Assembly: GCF_009914755.1 (NCBI RefSeq)
Contig: NC_060930.1
DNA from: the human T2T-CHM13v2.0 reference genome, Homo sapiens
Reading direction: 5' to 3' (one strand)
DNA length: 64,000 bases
Under the pieces are notes generated by a model. The model ran no database searches. It was not told the DNA's origin and worked only from the letters and a program-made list of their open reading frames with translations. Position numbers and translations under genes: made by a program. This document shows, in pieces, positions 59,878 through 64,000 of the stretch; position 1 is the first letter of the stretch; each line of letters starts with the position of its first letter.

Positions 59878-60807
59878 ATCTACCTGGTCCCTCTCCTGGT
59901 CCCTCTCGCTAGGATGCAGGCTCTACAGAGCTAGGGATCTTCCTGTCTTATCACCTCTTCCCTTCCGCACCTCCCTCTGGTCCAGCAGTATGTGTGGCAC
60001 ATACTAGGTACATGGTTGATAGTTACTGACTCGGGGAAGAACTGAATAAACATCAAACCCTGTTTTATTCTTGACTCTACTTTTTCTCTCTTACCAAGTC
60101 CCCACCCTGTACCCAGGTCTAATATGATGCGTCCTTTCCGGATCCCTGCCTTAACGATCTACCTGTTACACTTTTCTCCCGAGCCTGGTCCTTGACTCAC
60201 TCTGCCAGCCCCATGAGAGAATTTGACCCTGCTCCACCCTAGCAGCCCTCCCATCTGCTGCCAGTCCTCCAGGAGCTAACTCGGGCCCAGGGTGACACAC
60301 ATGGCCTGTCCCCTCACTTCCTGTGTTTCACCCCGCCCTCCACAGCCCTGCATCTCCTGACGCCCACCAGGTGCCAGTGCTTCCACCTGCCACCTGCCTC
60401 TTACTCCCTCACAGTGGGCCCCACCCACTGGCCAAGATGTTCCGCTCACCCCAGCCCTGTGGGTGTGGCCAGCAGCTTCGCCTGCTGAGTCCCCATCCGG
60501 CAGCTCTTAAGGTTCCAGGTCTGGCCAATTCCACCTGCCAAGTATCATTCCCCCCAGCTTCCGTCTTCTCCTCGCTCACCGCCCTAGTTCAGGCCCCATC
60601 ATTTCTCCTGGACTACAGCAATAGCCTCCATCTAGGCCTGATGCTTTTCTGCTATCCACTGTTTTCCAATTGATCACTGTATTACTTTCACAATTAGAAA
60701 CATAAGCCAGGAAGACATTTAGTGAGCATATATTTTGTGTAATGTATACCGTTAGCTGAAGATGGTCCAAGACATGGCCTCCAGCCCTCTGGGATTCACA
60801 GTCTGTG

Positions 60808-60875
60808 GGGTGATGACACACTCACAGGGGCTATTTGGCAAGGGTGATGACACACTCACAGGGGCTATTTGGCAA
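60808..60875. repeat. Perfect 34-bp tandem duplication
   Basis: GGGTGATGACACACTCACAGGGGCTATTTGGCAA x2. Confidence 0.98.
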
Positions 60876-61119
60876 GTGCAATTCAGTGCCAGACGGAAGG
60901 AAGGAAGCCCTATGTGCTCACAAGATGAAAACAGATGAGAAAACCAGAGACCAGCAAGGCACCTTGGAGAACAGCAGGATGACATATCACGCTGTAAGCT
61001 TCAGCATGGCCAGGACCAGGTCCTCCTGTCCTCTCCAGTGGACACGGATGCCCTAGCAGAGTCCCTCATTCAAAGCAGATGCTCAGTGAATATACAGGGA
61101 ATGAATGAATGACACTAGT

Positions 61120-61270
61120 ACAACCCCTCTTATTTTGTGTAACAGACATATAAGAGAAAACTGAGGCCCCCAAAAGTTAAATGATTTGCTAAAACACCAT
61201 AAAACTGGTTGGTGCACAACCAAAGCCCAAATCTGCCTCCCAACCCTGGGCCCTTTCACCCACACTGAAT
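61120..61270 (-). mobile_element. MIR
   Basis: GAGAAAACTGAGGCCCCCAAAAGTTAAATGATTTGC. Confidence 0.75.
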
Positions 61271-61704
61271 GGCTGACCTTAACCTTTCCTTCTCCGAGCT
61301 AATGGCCCCAGTTTATTTTATCTTCCCTTTCCATGTCACTTTTATATCCCTTTAAACATATTCCATAATAAAACAGCAGGATATGCAATTCTTAGCATGA
61401 AAAAGAAACTATTAGCACTTTCGAAAAGTTGATTATAAAAATACAGAGCATGATGTTTTTATTTAGAATGCTGCTTTTGTATTTAATTACTAAACATGCA
61501 ATAGATATAACCGCATATGGTGCCATCTAGCTGGAAAGAATTCTTTACACACTTTGATGTTCTCCCGTCAACTTTTCTCATCTTGACAGGTTATCATGAA
61601 CTAAAACATGGCATTTTTCCATAAAAGATGTCTGTATCTCTGTAATATACTATATAATCCATTTATTGTGAGCTTTCAAAGCACACACGTAAACATGTTT
61701 GTGT

Positions 61705-62428
61705 ATTTTTATTGTAGTAAAGTATATGTAACACATTTTCCATTTTAACCATTTTGACATATGATTCATTGGCATTAAATACTCTGACAATGTTGTACAA
61801 CCAACAGTACTGTCCATCTCCAGAACTTTTTAATCATCGTCAACAGAAACTCTGAACCCCTTTAATTATAACTCCCTATTCTCCCTCCCTTCAGTCCTGG
61901 AAATCATCATTCTATTTTCTGCTTCTGTGGATTTGGCTACTCTAGGTAGCTCATATAAGCGGAATTATACGCATTTGTCCTTCTGTGTCTGGCTTATTTT
62001 ACTTAGCATAATGTTTCCCAGTTTCATCCATGTTGAAGCATGTCTTTTCTTTTTAAAGCTGAATACTATTTCATTGTGTGTATATACCTCATTTTGTTTA
62101 TCTATTCATCTTTATCAATAGATGAATTTAAGTTGGTTCTACCTTTTGGCTCTTGTGAATAATGCTGCTATAAACATTAGAGTACAAGTATCTGCTGTGT
62201 CTCTGATTTCAATTCCTTTAGCAAATACCTAGCAGTGGAATTGCTGGATCATATGATAATTCTATATTTAGCTTTTTGAGGTACTGTGACACTGCTTTCC
62301 AGAGTGGCTGCACCATTTTACCTTCTTACCAGCAATGCATGAGATCCAATTTCTCCACATCCCCACCAACACTGCTCATTTTCCACAGTTGTTGTTTTAA
62401 TAATCATCATCATCATGGGTGTGAAGTG
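61705..62428 (-). mobile_element. L1MB 3' region
   Basis: CCATCTCCAGAACTTTTT...GTGGAATTGCTGGATCATATG...TTTCTCCACATCCCCACCAACAC. Confidence 0.92.
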
Positions 62429-63474
62429 TTGCCTGTGTGTGTGTGTGTACACATGCACGCGCGTGTGTGTGACAGGGAGAAAGGAGCCGACTCTCTCGGG
62501 GCTGGAAAAGAACTCTATCATTACATCCTGAGCCCTATCCTCTTGAGAAGGCCAGGACCTCAGTCCCCAGAGAGAGGGTAGAACTCTTGATCTCAGCCCA
62601 CGTGCTATGAGCAAGTTCACAAGAGTTTACAGAAGCATGTTAAGCTGAGAAGCTAGCATCCTTCCAGGCTTTTTCAAACTCACTTCCTAAAGATTCTTCA
62701 GAGTCATGAAGAAAAGGAGAGAGGGAAGCAGGGAAGAGGAGACAGGAGAAGTAGGGTGTACATCAGAGCTCAGCATGGCCAAGGAGAGGGAAAGTGTCCA
62801 AGTATCATTGTTAAGGGAAGGGATTGGGCTTCTCTCCCTGAGTTACCAAAGCAAACTGTACAACAGCCAGGGCCCAGCCCAGACGCAAAGATAGAATCAG
62901 ATATTAACAAGGGAGAAATTCAGAATCTGGGTAAGGTTACCAGGGAGGTCAGAGCCTCTAAGATTAGGATCTGGAGTGAAATAGAGACAAAACAACAGGA
63001 AACAAGGTCAAAAACCGGAAGGCTTGATTTTGGCTTCTAAATTGGGATCGGTTACACAAAAAATTAAATTCAAAAAAAAATTGAGGAGGCAGTAGGGTTC
63101 ACGGTTACTAAGTCCAGTTAAGTGCAAAGTAGCAGATTGGCAGCATCGTACTGGCTTCCCCAACATCCCTGGCTCTATCCAGTTGTATATCTTCTTCCAC
63201 TCAACCAATGGCCCTCCCCAAAGGCTTTGCCACTGTCCCCCATTGGACTATAACACACTCAAGGTCTTTCCAAGTAGTCATTAGACAAACCATACCATTG
63301 ATTCTCCAGTTTTTCAGTGGGGTAAGCAGAGAAATCAGAGCAAACAGGTAAGTCAGAGCTTCCAACCCCAGATGGATCTGCCCCACCTCTGAACTAATAT
63401 GGGAAAAGTTTTAAGACTGGTCGAGTGGGGTCGTGGACCCTAGAGGTACGTTAATAGAGAATTTGGAAACTTTG

Positions 63475-63953
63475 TGTGGTAGGTGGGCTTCTCAGATGAA
63501 TCCCAAGACCCCCACCTCCTGATGTCCATGCCTGCATCTGTATCATTTCCTCCTCTTTGAGCATGGGGGAACCTGTGGATATGAGTGATATCACCCCAGG
63601 CAAAAGGGAGATTCTCCTGGGTGGGCCTGGCTTAATCAGGCGAACCTTTAAAAAGGTGAAGCATCAGAGACAGCTTCCCCCACTGGCCTGGAGGGAAATG
63701 CATGCTGTGTTGTGACCCCCCTAGAGAGACCCCATGACAAGGAACTGCACGCAGCTTCTGGCAGCTGAGAGCATTCCCCAGCCTTGGGATGTGCTTGGAA
63801 GATGACCCTGAGCTTCAGATGAGATCATAGCCTCAGCTGACACCTTGATATCAGCCTGGTAAGAGTATGAGTAGAAGATCCAGCCTGGGCTTCTGACCTT
63901 CAGAAAGCGTGGTTAAGTGTGTAGTCCTGCTACACAGCAGTAAAAACTAATCC
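63475..63953 (+). mobile_element. MLT1E-like solo LTR
   Basis: TGTGGTAGG...CAAAAGGGAGATTCTCCTGGGTGGGCCTGGCTTAATCAGG...ACACAGCAGTAAAAACTAAT. Confidence 0.85.
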
Positions 63954-64000
63954 ACCTCGCCTACCTCATGGAAGGCAGCAATAGTTTGTTTTGTTTTTTG

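Overview
Primate genomic DNA, very probably human (AluJ/S/Y-type SINEs, an ERV9 LTR12 solo LTR, a MADE1 MITE), about 40% GC. I cannot support any protein-coding exon: the supplied ORFs are Alu/L1/LTR/microsatellite read-throughs or short chance ORFs. Much of the window is interspersed repeat (Alu, MIR, L1M, L2, L3, MaLR MLT1/MST LTRs, LTR33, LTR12, MER5, Arthur1, MADE1), often nested, with readable target-site duplications (TSDs). The 7-29 kb segment is Alu-poor and holds three repeat-free, CpG-retaining, motif-rich blocks (~8.0-9.4, ~15.4-16.1, ~27.7-28.45 kb). Each has a minus-strand splice donor at or near its left part, which fits alternative non-CpG-island promoters/5' exons of an unidentified minus-strand gene, or enhancers. 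Best leads: these blocks and their candidate exons, a 15-mer shared by two blocks, an orphan insertion with a poly(A) signal inside an L1MA, an internally duplicated MADE1 hairpin (miR-548 class), and an LTR12 with an expanded U5 array. I see no evidence of a novel multi-gene system. Repeat names come from remembered consensus sequences and boundaries are approximate; confirm with RepeatMasker/Dfam.
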